Of a stretch of 64,000 nt of DNA, positions 26,800 through 35,404 are shown one piece after another. Below the pieces are notes generated by a model that did no database searches, was not told where the DNA came from, and saw only the letters and a program-made list of their open reading frames with translations. This DNA is from a virus: the IMG/VR virus record IMGVR_UViG_3300031920_000309, one strand, 5' to 3'. Numbering within the stretch: position 1 is the stretch's first letter; every line of letters starts with the position of its first letter. Both the position numbers and the translations under genes were made by a program.

Positions 26800-27502
26800 A
26801 GCAACCTTCACCAGTCTCATCCACATCGAACACGGCAGCATCAACATCATCCTCTAACCATACTGGCCAGGTACCTTCTCCGATCAGCCCACACGCAAGC
26901 CAGTCGTCATTGTCCCCTCCGGCGGGAGGAGCCATCCCGTACACGGATGCAATGTAATCAAAACCACCATCAGCGAACGTCATGGTATAATCAGTCGGGT
27001 GGCGGCCGTCAGCGACCCGTATAGACGCACTGAGGTTGCCACTGCCTCGCATACCAATGTCAGTGTAGAATGCCACAGAATCGCTTTCTATGAAGTTTTC
27101 AGTCTTTATATTCTTCAGACCACAGACATCCACAGAATGCCGTACCCCAACAACAGGATGGATCGCCGTAATCGCGTATCGGTTGCGACGCTGGGTCGCG
27201 CCGTCCAGTTCGTAATAGGTAGACAACGCAGTTCCGCCCTCGTCATCAACTTCGAGTTCGCGCATATAAGACTGGACCCCAACACCGGACGCATAGTCAC
27301 TGGCTTGTGGCAATGTTGACATCGTCAACAGAGTTCCTGTACCATTGATTTCGACAGATTCTGATACCTGAATACCATGCGCCACGCCCGCAAACAGGTA
27401 TCCAACACAGACCACCGTTATGACCACGGCAGTCAGAAATACGGCGGTCCTGCATACACCATTCATTCTAAATATCATATCACCAAAACCGTTCATTATC
27501 AC
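26789..27502 (-). CDS. Secreted or membrane-anchored beta-rich protein
   Basis: N-terminal hydrophobic segment AVFLTAVVITVVCVGYLFAGVAHG. Confidence 0.7.
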   Translation of the reverse strand: MIMNGFGDMIFRMNGVCRTAVFLTAVVITVVCVGYLFAGVAHGIQVSESVEINGTGTLLTMSTLPQASDYASGVGVQSYMRELEVDDEGGTALSTYYELDGATQRRNRYAITAIHPVVGVRHSVDVCGLKNIKTENFIESDSVAFYTDIGMRGSGNLSASIRVADGRHPTDYTMTFADGGFDYIASVYGMAPPAGGDNDDWLACGLIGEGTWPVWLEDDVDAAVFDVDETGEGCYVE

Positions 27503-27807
27503 ATCACCATCCTCAAATCCACATACCTACCAACCCCCACCAACGTGAGGATCAGCACCAACAATCCCGCAATACCGCGCATCATCCAGTCGGTGTTTTC
27601 CGTGGCTTTTATCCGGACATCGTGTGTGTCCAACCGGTTCGGAATGTCGACACCGATCATTTCCGATTGCCACAGTTCGAGACACCCAACCCGAGCATCG
27701 ACGGCATCGCCATGATCACACAACTTATCCAGTTTGCCCCGAATCCATTTGATGTCGGTCGACATCTCGATTACCAAATCATGACGTTCGCCGGGCACAA
27801 AAAACAC
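27499..27807 (-). CDS. Coiled-coil protein with C-terminal TM helix
   Basis: DIKWIRGKLD...RIKATE coil; WMMRGIAGLLVLILTLVGV. Confidence 0.7.
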   Translation of the reverse strand: MFFVPGERHDLVIEMSTDIKWIRGKLDKLCDHGDAVDARVGCLELWQSEMIGVDIPNRLDTHDVRIKATENTDWMMRGIAGLLVLILTLVGVGRYVDLRMVM

Positions 27808-28046
27808 TACTCCGGCGGATGACGCTCTACATCAGATTTGAAGTAGTAGTACACGATCACGGCAATCGGCGCACCATACATCGCAAGTGCCTCTTTCGTC
27901 ACGTCGAACATCCCGAGATATAACACAGCAGTCAGTATAATGAAATACTGCCATATCAATGTCTGTGCTATACAAAACCGCTTCGTTATCAGCCCCTCAA
28001 GTATGCCCTGCTTGACAGCACACTGTTCACAACATGTTTCATCCAT
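27807..28046 (-). CDS. Small multi-TM holin-like protein
   Basis: 79 aa with hydrophobic helices and a charged C-terminus. Confidence 0.55.
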   Translation of the reverse strand: MDETCCEQCAVKQGILEGLITKRFCIAQTLIWQYFIILTAVLYLGMFDVTKEALAMYGAPIAVIVYYYFKSDVERHPPE

Positions 28047-28097
28047 TTGTTAATCACCTCTCGTATACTAGCCGTTCACATTTAAAACCCTTTCTCT

Positions 28098-28436
28098 TCA
28101 GTCGTCCAGGAATATCACCCGGTCGCCACCACCAGTCAGATGAACAAACATTGTATTCCCAGTATCGAGCCCCAACTGTTCACCGCCCAATTTGGTCAGA
28201 ATCATCATGCCATGACCAACGTCGTAGTCAACCAACGAATATGTCTTTGACTTGTAGTCATAAATGACGATCTCACCACTCACCAGCTTTTCAAGCCGAT
28301 ACCGAAGGCAGTTGCTTTTCTTCTTTACGCCGTAATGATCAGTGACGTCGAACACGCGGCCCACCAACCCACGCAATGTCATCGGACCGCATTCAACTAA
28401 CCAACGCAACACCGCCTTATCATATTTATCCATCAC
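28098..28436 (-). CDS. Winged-HTH protein
   Basis: AVLRWLVECGPMTLRGLV...LRYRLEKLVSGEIV. Confidence 0.65.
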   Translation of the reverse strand: MMDKYDKAVLRWLVECGPMTLRGLVGRVFDVTDHYGVKKKSNCLRYRLEKLVSGEIVIYDYKSKTYSLVDYDVGHGMMILTKLGGEQLGLDTGNTMFVHLTGGGDRVIFLDD

Positions 28437-28644
28437 GTTCCTCCAACCAATTCAGCACGTCGACAATGTCATTATATGTTTCCAACGCTTCAATCGTATA
28501 ATCATTCCAAAACCTCCGTACAGCCATTGTTTGATGCGGCAGTTCGTTGGCAGACGTGCCACCGTACAACTCCCCAGCAACGTTGTCAACAACGTCATCC
28601 GTTATTTCGATCTTTTCTCTCATCACATTACCCCGATCGTACAT
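28426..28644 (-). CDS. Hypothetical protein
   Basis: Coupled ORF. Confidence 0.6.
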   Translation of the reverse strand: MYDRGNVMREKIEITDDVVDNVAGELYGGTSANELPHQTMAVRRFWNDYTIEALETYNDIVDVLNWLEERDG

Positions 28645-29447
28645 TGTTCAATCGCTTCGTCGACCGTCTTTGCTTTGTTGCTAGACAATTTGGCACAACT
28701 GCAAAACTTGAGTTTTTTGTCAGCCATTCTCGGGTCCACGCCCGGGTCCATCTCGTCAGACGTGAGACATTTGCCCATACGATCGTGGTACGGAGACTGT
28801 TGTCGGGCACCGCCTTTTTTTGGTGGTGTCGGTGTATCGGACGTACCCCTCACATCCACATACGTTTGACGCAGATCAACCAGCCGTTGCCGTACACGCG
28901 CTTTCTCAGCATTGCACGCGGCAGCACTGTAATCACAAATATTGCGAGTGTTGCTGACGTTGATCGCCTCGACCACAACCGATTCCTGGCATGCCGCGCA
29001 CTCAAGTTCTTCGGAAAGATTGCCAAGAGTGTCGAATGCTTCGTCGTACTTACCCGAATCGAACTTTGTCAACGCGGCGTCGATACCGCCGACAATCTGA
29101 TCAGCAACAGCAACGACTTCCGGATCGACTTGACGTGAGGCAGCCGGGGTCGACGGGAAGACGCTGTCAGGGGGTTCTGGATCTAGCATCTGAATGCCGT
29201 CCGGGTAGTAATGATCAATGTAAGCAGCACTGACGTAAAAACGACATACACAACACTGGTTTTCTGGTTTGGAAGCAGAACCAACATCAGAAACGGCCTC
29301 GGAACATGGGCACATACGCGCCGGATCACATAAACAAGCACCACCATTCTGGTTTATGTCTTCTGCCCACTGGACGGGACCTCTGCCGGGATGGATAACC
29401 AGCCCATGTGTTGTACCGAACGCAATCAACTCTTCAGCCGTTACCAT
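28623..29447 (-). CDS. Ferredoxin:thioredoxin reductase catalytic-subunit-like Fe-S protein with Cys-rich extension
   Basis: CLC-x5-CPC-x17-CVCRFYV resembles the FTR CxC/CPC/CxC motif. Confidence 0.6.
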   Translation of the reverse strand: MVTAEELIAFGTTHGLVIHPGRGPVQWAEDINQNGGACLCDPARMCPCSEAVSDVGSASKPENQCCVCRFYVSAAYIDHYYPDGIQMLDPEPPDSVFPSTPAASRQVDPEVVAVADQIVGGIDAALTKFDSGKYDEAFDTLGNLSEELECAACQESVVVEAINVSNTRNICDYSAAACNAEKARVRQRLVDLRQTYVDVRGTSDTPTPPKKGGARQQSPYHDRMGKCLTSDEMDPGVDPRMADKKLKFCSCAKLSSNKAKTVDEAIEQCTIGVM

Positions 29448-29623
29448 CGGTTATACCACCTCGGACAAGTCGATCGAACCGTCCCCGTTTTTACGCACAC
29501 GGTACGTCCTGCCATCGTGCTCCACGACGTAACACACATCAACCAACATCATGCTGGCATGTATCTTTATCATGCCGTCATTGGTAGTGACTGCGTAAGT
29601 CTCATCAGCAGTGATTTGTCTCA

Positions 29624-30076
29624 TCATACGCCCCGGCGCACAATGAGATATTTGTATAGTTTCAGATCGTCGGGCTCGACGGGTTCGCCCGCGTCCAGCT
29701 TCTTCTGCACATAACCGATTACGGCAGTATGCATTACCTCGTTAACGACTTCTGAATACGCGCTGATACTCTTCGTGCCAGCATGCTCGATGATGCCTTC
29801 TGCGACATGTTCCAAACTGTCGATCAGCTTGGGATCGAGTGCCTCAGACCAAGCAATACATTTCTCCCTCTGCTCTTGGTCTTCTACCAACTGGCATGAC
29901 GTTTGCGCAAGTCCGAGCACAGCCATCATGTTCACCACATCGCACGTTTTGCACTCCCCGTCTGCCTCATCCTCGTTTGGCACAGGTTCCGTCGACACTA
30001 GTTCCGGTGTAGGTTCTTCCTGTTCCGATTCGTCATGTTCCACGTTCACGATTTCTTCTTCAGTCATATCAAACAC
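29624..30076 (-). CDS. Acidic hypothetical protein with CxxC
   Basis: GAGGTG RBS; CKTC. Confidence 0.7.
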   Translation of the reverse strand: MFDMTEEEIVNVEHDESEQEEPTPELVSTEPVPNEDEADGECKTCDVVNMMAVLGLAQTSCQLVEDQEQREKCIAWSEALDPKLIDSLEHVAEGIIEHAGTKSISAYSEVVNEVMHTAVIGYVQKKLDAGEPVEPDDLKLYKYLIVRRGV

Positions 30077-30094
30077 CTCTTTACTTTGACCATA

Positions 30095-30424
30095 TTAATA
30101 CGTTCCTAATAACGGGGGTGGATATGCATGTGCATTTGGTAGTGGGATTGCCCCACATGACGCCAATAACACCAATTCCGCAATACACGCATCAGCACCC
30201 ACGCGGTCGGCCACACGATCAGTAACAATATGAAGCCAAGCCGACCACGCGGCATAAATACCACCAACCTGGCACATATACGCGACGGCATCGTCGTTGT
30301 GGAACCATTGCCTGTGGTTCGGACCGATTGCTTTTGCGTATATATCCAGTATTCGGTGGACACCAGGATATTGTACACCAATAAACATCAAGTCGACGTT
30401 CAGATGAAACCCGTGGCTCGGCAC
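30095..30424 (-). CDS. His-rich putative metal-binding protein
   Basis: GGAGG RBS; MPSHGFH...VHRILD...NHRQWFHND...LHIVTD. Confidence 0.6.
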   Translation of the reverse strand: MPSHGFHLNVDLMFIGVQYPGVHRILDIYAKAIGPNHRQWFHNDDAVAYMCQVGGIYAAWSAWLHIVTDRVADRVGADACIAELVLLASCGAIPLPNAHAYPPPLLGTY

Positions 30425-31185
30425 GACCACCCCTCCACACCGAAGTTTATTTCTGGGTTCATGGCCCAATGGTTATACAACAAACTGAACCAGTGCCATC
30501 TGTTGTGGTTCGTCTTTGTGTGGCAATTCGTGCACAGCGGTAGCAAGTTCCAATCCGCCGTTGTGCATCCTTGCATCTTGTTGTAATCGGTGTGGTGTAC
30601 ACAATGTTTTTTACCGTTCTCTTCCGCACCACACAAATAACATTTTCTATCATGCAGTTCTCGAATCTCCTCTTTCTTTGCTTCATTAAACTTGAAACAA
30701 TACGGTGCGAACGAAACACCGCCCCGCCAACCGGGGTTCTTCCCCCCCCGTTTTGCCTCGCTTAGGTTTTGTCTGGTTTCATCCGAAACATATTTATTTC
30801 TGTGAGCGTTGCCTATTTTTTGTTTGGTTTCTTCTGAAAGATGTCTTCCTTTACGCAATTCGCTTAGTTTCTTTCTGGTTTCTTCGGAAGGATGCTTGCC
30901 TCGTTTTGCTTCGCTTATTTTCTGCCGAGTTTCTTCCGAACGATGTTTACCATAATTGAGATTTTTGTTTCCTCTCTGCGCATCACTCATTTTTCGTTTG
31001 GTTTCCGCTGAATGGTATCTCCCTCTGCTTGTTTCGCTGATCGTTCGCGCACAAACACCAAACGCGTGTAGCCAGTTACGTATCGTCGTCCTGCTACAGT
31101 CAGCAAGCTTTGCAATCTCACGTGGTGACAATTCTTCAATGTCGTGTTTCTCTCGCATCCACGCTTCATTTTTGTATAGCATCAT
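30400..31185 (-). CDS. Free-standing HNH homing endonuclease with HTH and NUMOD3 repeats
   Basis: HSAETKRKMSDAQRG-type repeats; CYLCG...HCVHHTDYNK...LCTNCHTKTN. Confidence 0.92.
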   Translation of the reverse strand: MMLYKNEAWMREKHDIEELSPREIAKLADCSRTTIRNWLHAFGVCARTISETSRGRYHSAETKRKMSDAQRGNKNLNYGKHRSEETRQKISEAKRGKHPSEETRKKLSELRKGRHLSEETKQKIGNAHRNKYVSDETRQNLSEAKRGGKNPGWRGGVSFAPYCFKFNEAKKEEIRELHDRKCYLCGAEENGKKHCVHHTDYNKMQGCTTADWNLLPLCTNCHTKTNHNRWHWFSLLYNHWAMNPEINFGVEGWSCRATGFI

Positions 31186-31385
31186 TTCTCCTGAATTCGT
31201 TTTGCCATCGCAAGCAGGGCATCCAACCCATACTTCGTGATGCTGTACGTGCTGTTCGTACGGATATGTTCGTGGAGGAGCAACCAATCCCCAAACCGCT
31301 CCAGTTCCTTTGCTTCTTCTGTCGATATCAGGCAACACATACTGAACCGATTTTTCCCTCTCGGAGCAAAACTTTTCCATGGCAT
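31182..31385 (-). CDS. Small RHH-like protein
   Basis: RFSMCCLISTEEAKELE...SITKYGLDALL; ATGA-coupled to the HNH gene. Confidence 0.5.
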   Translation of the reverse strand: MPWKSFAPRGKNRFSMCCLISTEEAKELERFGDWLLLHEHIRTNSTYSITKYGLDALLAMAKRIQEK

Positions 31386-31476
31386 TGCACATCACCTCCA
31401 CATCGTGTCTTCATTTGCATGTACTACATGTAACACGGCAAAGATATATATATGTTTCCGATAAACAGACACAAAC

Positions 31477-32589
31477 ATGGCAACACAACAGAGCACGAAA
31501 GAAACCGGAAAGTCGAAAGCAAAATCAAAGAAACTATCTGATCCAGTGGCAATGATCAAGGAAGTGACCGCCCTAAAAGAATCGCCTGCCGCCTCGTTCC
31601 CTCCAGACGTGATTGAACTGGCGGTTGACCAGATCGCAAGCAACCAAGCGGCGACTGCCCGAAATCTGAGCAGGGCACAACTGGAAGAATCACAGCAAGA
31701 CCTGGAGCGACTCCGGCAGCCGACGGCACCACCACAACCACAGCCAACCGGCGGATTATTCGGGCAGGGACAACATCCATTGATCGCAATGATCGATCAG
31801 ATACCGAAAGAAGAACGTCTCAAATTCATCGAAAACAACAAAAGCGAGATATTCGGATCAGTCGAGGGTACAGGAACAAACCCGCAGCTGGCGGCACTGT
31901 TGCACAAAGATGACAACGGAAAAGACAGACCATCAGCGGCTACAGACATGGCATCAATGTTGCTGGCACTAAGCCAGATGCAGACCAACAACATGAAGAT
32001 GTTCATGGATATACAACAATTCCAAAAACCAGCCACCACCGGACCCACCGACGGGATGGAAAAAATGATGGCATTGACGCTGCAACAGATAAAGACAATG
32101 CAAGAGAACATGGTCGGTCAAAAAGAGGAAACGGCAGCGCAAATATATGCATTACAACAGGAAAACATGCAAATGCAGCGTGAGCAAATGGCAAGCCAGA
32201 TGGAATCGATAGCGGCACAACATTCCGAGGAAATCCAACAGATGAGAAAGGCAATAGAAAACAAAGACGGGCAAGTGACGCGAGGAGACCTGGCATCGCT
32301 TATAGAACAGGCAAACCAGGTGGCGGGGGTGAAGTTCTCAGCCGAAACCGCGGAGGATGCTCGTATAAGGAATGAACATCTACTTGAAATGGAAAAGCTG
32401 AAGATGGAAGGGGAGCAGTTGGCCCAGGCACACGAAGCACAACTCGCCGCAGCGGCGGCAAAACAGCAGCAGTGGAACGCAATCGCCGCAGTCGCTGCGC
32501 CGTTCGTGGACGTGATGCGATTGAAGAAAGCCGTACAAGGCGGCGGATCGCCGTCCGCACGTGCACTTGCAAACAGGATAAGTGATTAA
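31477..32589 (+). CDS. Gln/Met-rich coiled-coil protein
   Basis: 370 aa of predicted helices, hydrophobic WNAIAAVAAPFV near the C-terminus. Confidence 0.8.
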   Translation: MATQQSTKETGKSKAKSKKLSDPVAMIKEVTALKESPAASFPPDVIELAVDQIASNQAATARNLSRAQLEESQQDLERLRQPTAPPQPQPTGGLFGQGQHPLIAMIDQIPKEERLKFIENNKSEIFGSVEGTGTNPQLAALLHKDDNGKDRPSAATDMASMLLALSQMQTNNMKMFMDIQQFQKPATTGPTDGMEKMMALTLQQIKTMQENMVGQKEETAAQIYALQQENMQMQREQMASQMESIAAQHSEEIQQMRKAIENKDGQVTRGDLASLIEQANQVAGVKFSAETAEDARIRNEHLLEMEKLKMEGEQLAQAHEAQLAAAAAKQQQWNAIAAVAAPFVDVMRLKKAVQGGGSPSARALANRISD

Positions 32590-32592
32590 ACA

Positions 32593-32931
32593 ATGACCGA
32601 AGACATGTTGTGCGAGCTATTAGCCGCGACGGCGTCGTTTCTACCGAATGAGACGGAGGCAAGGAACACAATCGAGAAGTTCTCGATGCTTGACGCACCT
32701 GCCGTGATAAAGAGAATAACGAAAAGCTCGGAATTCAGTGCGATCATGCCGCAACTCGAACTCGCGTTCGAGGGGTTAGGAACGAAAACAATCGCCGATC
32801 ATGTTATATTGTTCCTCGACATGTATTACCCCAATGTACTACACGAGATCGAAGTGGACGAAACAAAAGCACAGTTATTCGAAGACATCATCACGGGTGG
32901 AATCGAGGTGGTGAAGAATGGAAATAAATGA
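32593..32931 (+). CDS. Hypothetical helical protein
   Basis: Coupled ORF. Confidence 0.7.
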   Translation: MTEDMLCELLAATASFLPNETEARNTIEKFSMLDAPAVIKRITKSSEFSAIMPQLELAFEGLGTKTIADHVILFLDMYYPNVLHEIEVDETKAQLFEDIITGGIEVVKNGNK

Positions 32932-33691
32932 GCATGGTGAATACTGGAAAGTGGTCGTGAATCCGGCGGTAGTCGTGGAACAGGACTTCCCGATGCAAAG
33001 TTCCAGGGCAGGGGCACCAACGTTCCTGGCCGGTATCGGATACGACCCGAGGCCGCCAGCGGGACACAAAATGGGGTACGTGATGTACCCGAAAAACGTG
33101 TGGTCCCGAGAGGAATTGATGAACGACGCACAAGTCCAGAAGATGGCAATGCGATGTAACGTTTGTAGCGCATTGGACCTGGCAAAACAAAGCGTCGACG
33201 CGAAAGCGAAAGAACCAAGCATCGCCCCGGCCCCTGTTATCCAGGCACCACCGGCAACTCCACCACCCGCCACATTCAGTGCAGGGAATATAATCACGCC
33301 AACATACATACCATTGATCACGAAAGTGGCAAAGGGAATAGTATGTACCAAACTGGGCGACATAGCAACATCAGTGGTGATGAGCGTTATCGCGGATGTT
33401 GTGGGCGGCTGGTCGTCAGACCCAGGTCAGAAAGAAGCCATGAGACAGATGTCAGACGGATTTGCAACACTCGACCTGTGCCCAGATGACATGGTTCAAC
33501 TGCGACGAGACGCACAGGTCATGTACGACGAATGGAAGAAGGGCGGGGTAGGCAATGCAATGAAAAAGTCAATGTTCAAGTCGGTCGATGATGCCCTGCG
33601 AGACGGGGTTGGGATTGATGTGAAGCAAACAAAGACCAAGCACATCAGAGCATCGTTTAACCGAGGCGGTATGTCAAATTTGGTGGACTAA
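32918..33691 (+). CDS. Hypothetical protein with CxxC and Pro-rich linker
   Basis: RCNVCS; APAPVIQAPPATPPP. Confidence 0.75.
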   Translation: MEINEHGEYWKVVVNPAVVVEQDFPMQSSRAGAPTFLAGIGYDPRPPAGHKMGYVMYPKNVWSREELMNDAQVQKMAMRCNVCSALDLAKQSVDAKAKEPSIAPAPVIQAPPATPPPATFSAGNIITPTYIPLITKVAKGIVCTKLGDIATSVVMSVIADVVGGWSSDPGQKEAMRQMSDGFATLDLCPDDMVQLRRDAQVMYDEWKKGGVGNAMKKSMFKSVDDALRDGVGIDVKQTKTKHIRASFNRGGMSNLVD

Positions 33692-33815
33692 ACCATGAGA
33701 CTCGACTATTTGATAACAGACGAAAGTACAGATACGACATATAATTGGCGGGAAGAACAACGAAGGATCACACACACCATCCGCAATAGATGGGAAGAAC
33801 GGAGGAGACGCACAG

Positions 33816-33938
33816 ATGCCGACTGAGCGCGACAGGCAGATGGTATACGTACCAGCGACCGAAACAAAACTCACACACACTGATCGTGGAGGCGCCAGGT
33901 ACAAATACAACCCAAGGAGAAAAACCAATGTCGATTGA
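33816..33938 (+). CDS. 40-aa basic peptide
   Basis: GGAGG RBS; MPTERDRQMVYVPATETKLTHTDRGGARYKYNPRRKTNVD. Confidence 0.4.
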   Translation: MPTERDRQMVYVPATETKLTHTDRGGARYKYNPRRKTNVD

Positions 33939-34164
33939 ACGGGCGATCACCCAGCTACGGCGATCGCCGCTCACCGTGACCGCGCTGACATCGGCGAGGC
34001 AGATATGTATCGAGAACGGTATAAACCCCATCGACATTGATCTGGCGCTTGTGTTCATGAAACAAGGCAACGTCGACCTGGCGTCTAAATACATATTCGG
34101 ACCGGTACCGGCCAGGGCGAGTCCAGGAGCAATCGCAACCCTCGAAATGGCACGAGATCGGTGA
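33928..34164 (+). CDS. Hypothetical protein
   Basis: AGGAG RBS before ATG 33928. Confidence 0.6.
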   Translation: MSIERAITQLRRSPLTVTALTSARQICIENGINPIDIDLALVFMKQGNVDLASKYIFGPVPARASPGAIATLEMARDR

Positions 34165-34174
34165 GAATACACAC

Positions 34175-34287
34175 AGCCCCGTGGAGTAGTGGCCAATCTC
34201 ATGGGTCTTTGGTGGATACCGGGCCACCTGGCGTGGAACCGGGTCCAAGGATAACCCATGACAGCGGTTCGAATCCGCTCGGGGCTA
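34175..34287 (+). tRNA. tRNA-Gln(UUG) with 40-nt BHB intron at 37/38 (34213-34252)
   Basis: Acceptor AGCCCCG/CGGGGCT, anticodon CT-TTG-G, central helix CTTT/AAGG with 3-nt bulges GGT and ATA, T arm AGCGG-TTCGAAT-CCGCT. Confidence 0.95.
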
Positions 34288-34345
34288 TGTCCACACGCGT
34301 CAAGTTTGGTCAAGTTTATATAGAATGTAGTACACGTAGTATGCC

Positions 34346-34660
34346 ATGACAAACGATGTCATGGCCGGGAAAACCCACAGGTACACGATCGTTGTGCCAG
34401 GACTGCCGCCGTACGACGCCGACGTTTTTGCGTTAAATCAGGTCGCGGACCTACAGTTCGCGTGGGAGGAAGACGACGGAAAAACAAAGCTCGCGATAGT
34501 GCGATTTCCGACGAACGTGGTTGTGGTGGACAACGAGTGCCCAGAAACGGTGGAGAGTCTGAAAACCGGACTCGATGAGTTCCGGGAAAAGATGCACGAC
34601 GACCACATAGCAGCAGCTGAACAAGCAACAAAAGGAGTCAAGTTGCCATGTTATCAGTAG
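34346..34660 (+). CDS. Hypothetical protein
   Basis: ORF after a TATA-like TTTATA. Confidence 0.65.
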   Translation: MTNDVMAGKTHRYTIVVPGLPPYDADVFALNQVADLQFAWEEDDGKTKLAIVRFPTNVVVVDNECPETVESLKTGLDEFREKMHDDHIAAAEQATKGVKLPCYQ

Positions 34661-34962
34661 CGGACATCAAAAGCATTCGCCCCACAAAGGTCTGTTTTGA
34701 TCTGCCAACGCGGGTAACCAGGGCAGAAGAAGAGTTCTTCAGTAAGACAGGAGACTGGGTATACCAGCTGGAACTGTGTGAAAAACTGCACCGCAAATGC
34801 GTGGACGAGATGGTACGCGTGTCCAAAAGCGGCCACAGTGAAGATGCTATCCACCGACGTGTTCAGGAAATCGGTGAACTTGTGGTGAGGATGGATATCC
34901 TGCTACTAAAAGGAATACAAAAAACAGAGGAAGCCGATCGACTTGTAATCGATCGGTGCTGA
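34648..34962 (+). CDS. Hypothetical protein
   Basis: Coupled ORF. Confidence 0.6.
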   Translation: MLSVADIKSIRPTKVCFDLPTRVTRAEEEFFSKTGDWVYQLELCEKLHRKCVDEMVRVSKSGHSEDAIHRRVQEIGELVVRMDILLLKGIQKTEEADRLVIDRC

Positions 34963-34979
34963 CATTTTCTTATATCTCG

Positions 34980-35108
34980 TCATATATGGTGATACTCGAG
35001 ACAGCGTGCTTTCGTTGCTTCCTTGTTATTTTTATAGTCCCTACGCCCAATCTCTCGCTTGCGCTCCAGATATGCCTCCCGGCTTTCGTTTTTTCGTTGT
35101 GTGACCAT
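34980..35108 (-). pseudogene. Possible HNH-gene relic
   Basis: Basic REAYLERKREIGRRDYKNNKE segment then CLEYHH and stop. Confidence 0.3.
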
Positions 35109-35125
35109 GGCCCCACTTCTGTATT

Positions 35126-35302
35126 TTAATCCACGAACACTTTTGGTCCAGGTCGTTCCCGATGGGACTTGATATAGCCCGTGATCGCCGCCCGCAACAC
35201 AGCACTCATGTTCGTTTCGTTGTCTATGCACAACTTCTGGAACTCCCTATGCATAGACGGGGTAATGAGCACGGCGACCTCTCTGTCTCGGCGTTTAGCC
35301 AT
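35126..35302 (-). CDS. RHH (ParG/CopG-like) regulator, not in ORF track
   Basis: REVAVLITPSMHREFQKLCIDNETNMSAVLRAAITGYI. Confidence 0.75.
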   Translation of the reverse strand: MAKRRDREVAVLITPSMHREFQKLCIDNETNMSAVLRAAITGYIKSHRERPGPKVFVD

Positions 35303-35339
35303 CGCATGGTAATATGGGCAAACTGGTATTTATGGGTTT

Positions 35340-35404
35340 CGGTATTACCGCGTCCGGGTATATATACAAGTGCCATAATATGGGTAGTTGGAGGTATTTA
35401 TTAA
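35340..35404 (+). promoter_or_regulatory. Promoter and RBS of the first capsid-like operon
   Basis: TATATATACAAG and GGAGGT upstream of ATG 35405. Confidence 0.6.

Noticed and set aside
30400-31185. HNH genes as group I intron ORFs
   Set aside because: Flanking genes appear intact and coupled, with no room for intron core structure
31186-31401. N-terminal extension of the HNH ORF given in the track
   Set aside because: It overlaps a separate coupled gene (31182-31385); the paralog at 51195 supports a start near 31185
34175-34287. tRNA as an att site or prophage boundary
   Set aside because: No integrase and no duplicated tRNA 3' end seen; viral-type genes continue on both sides
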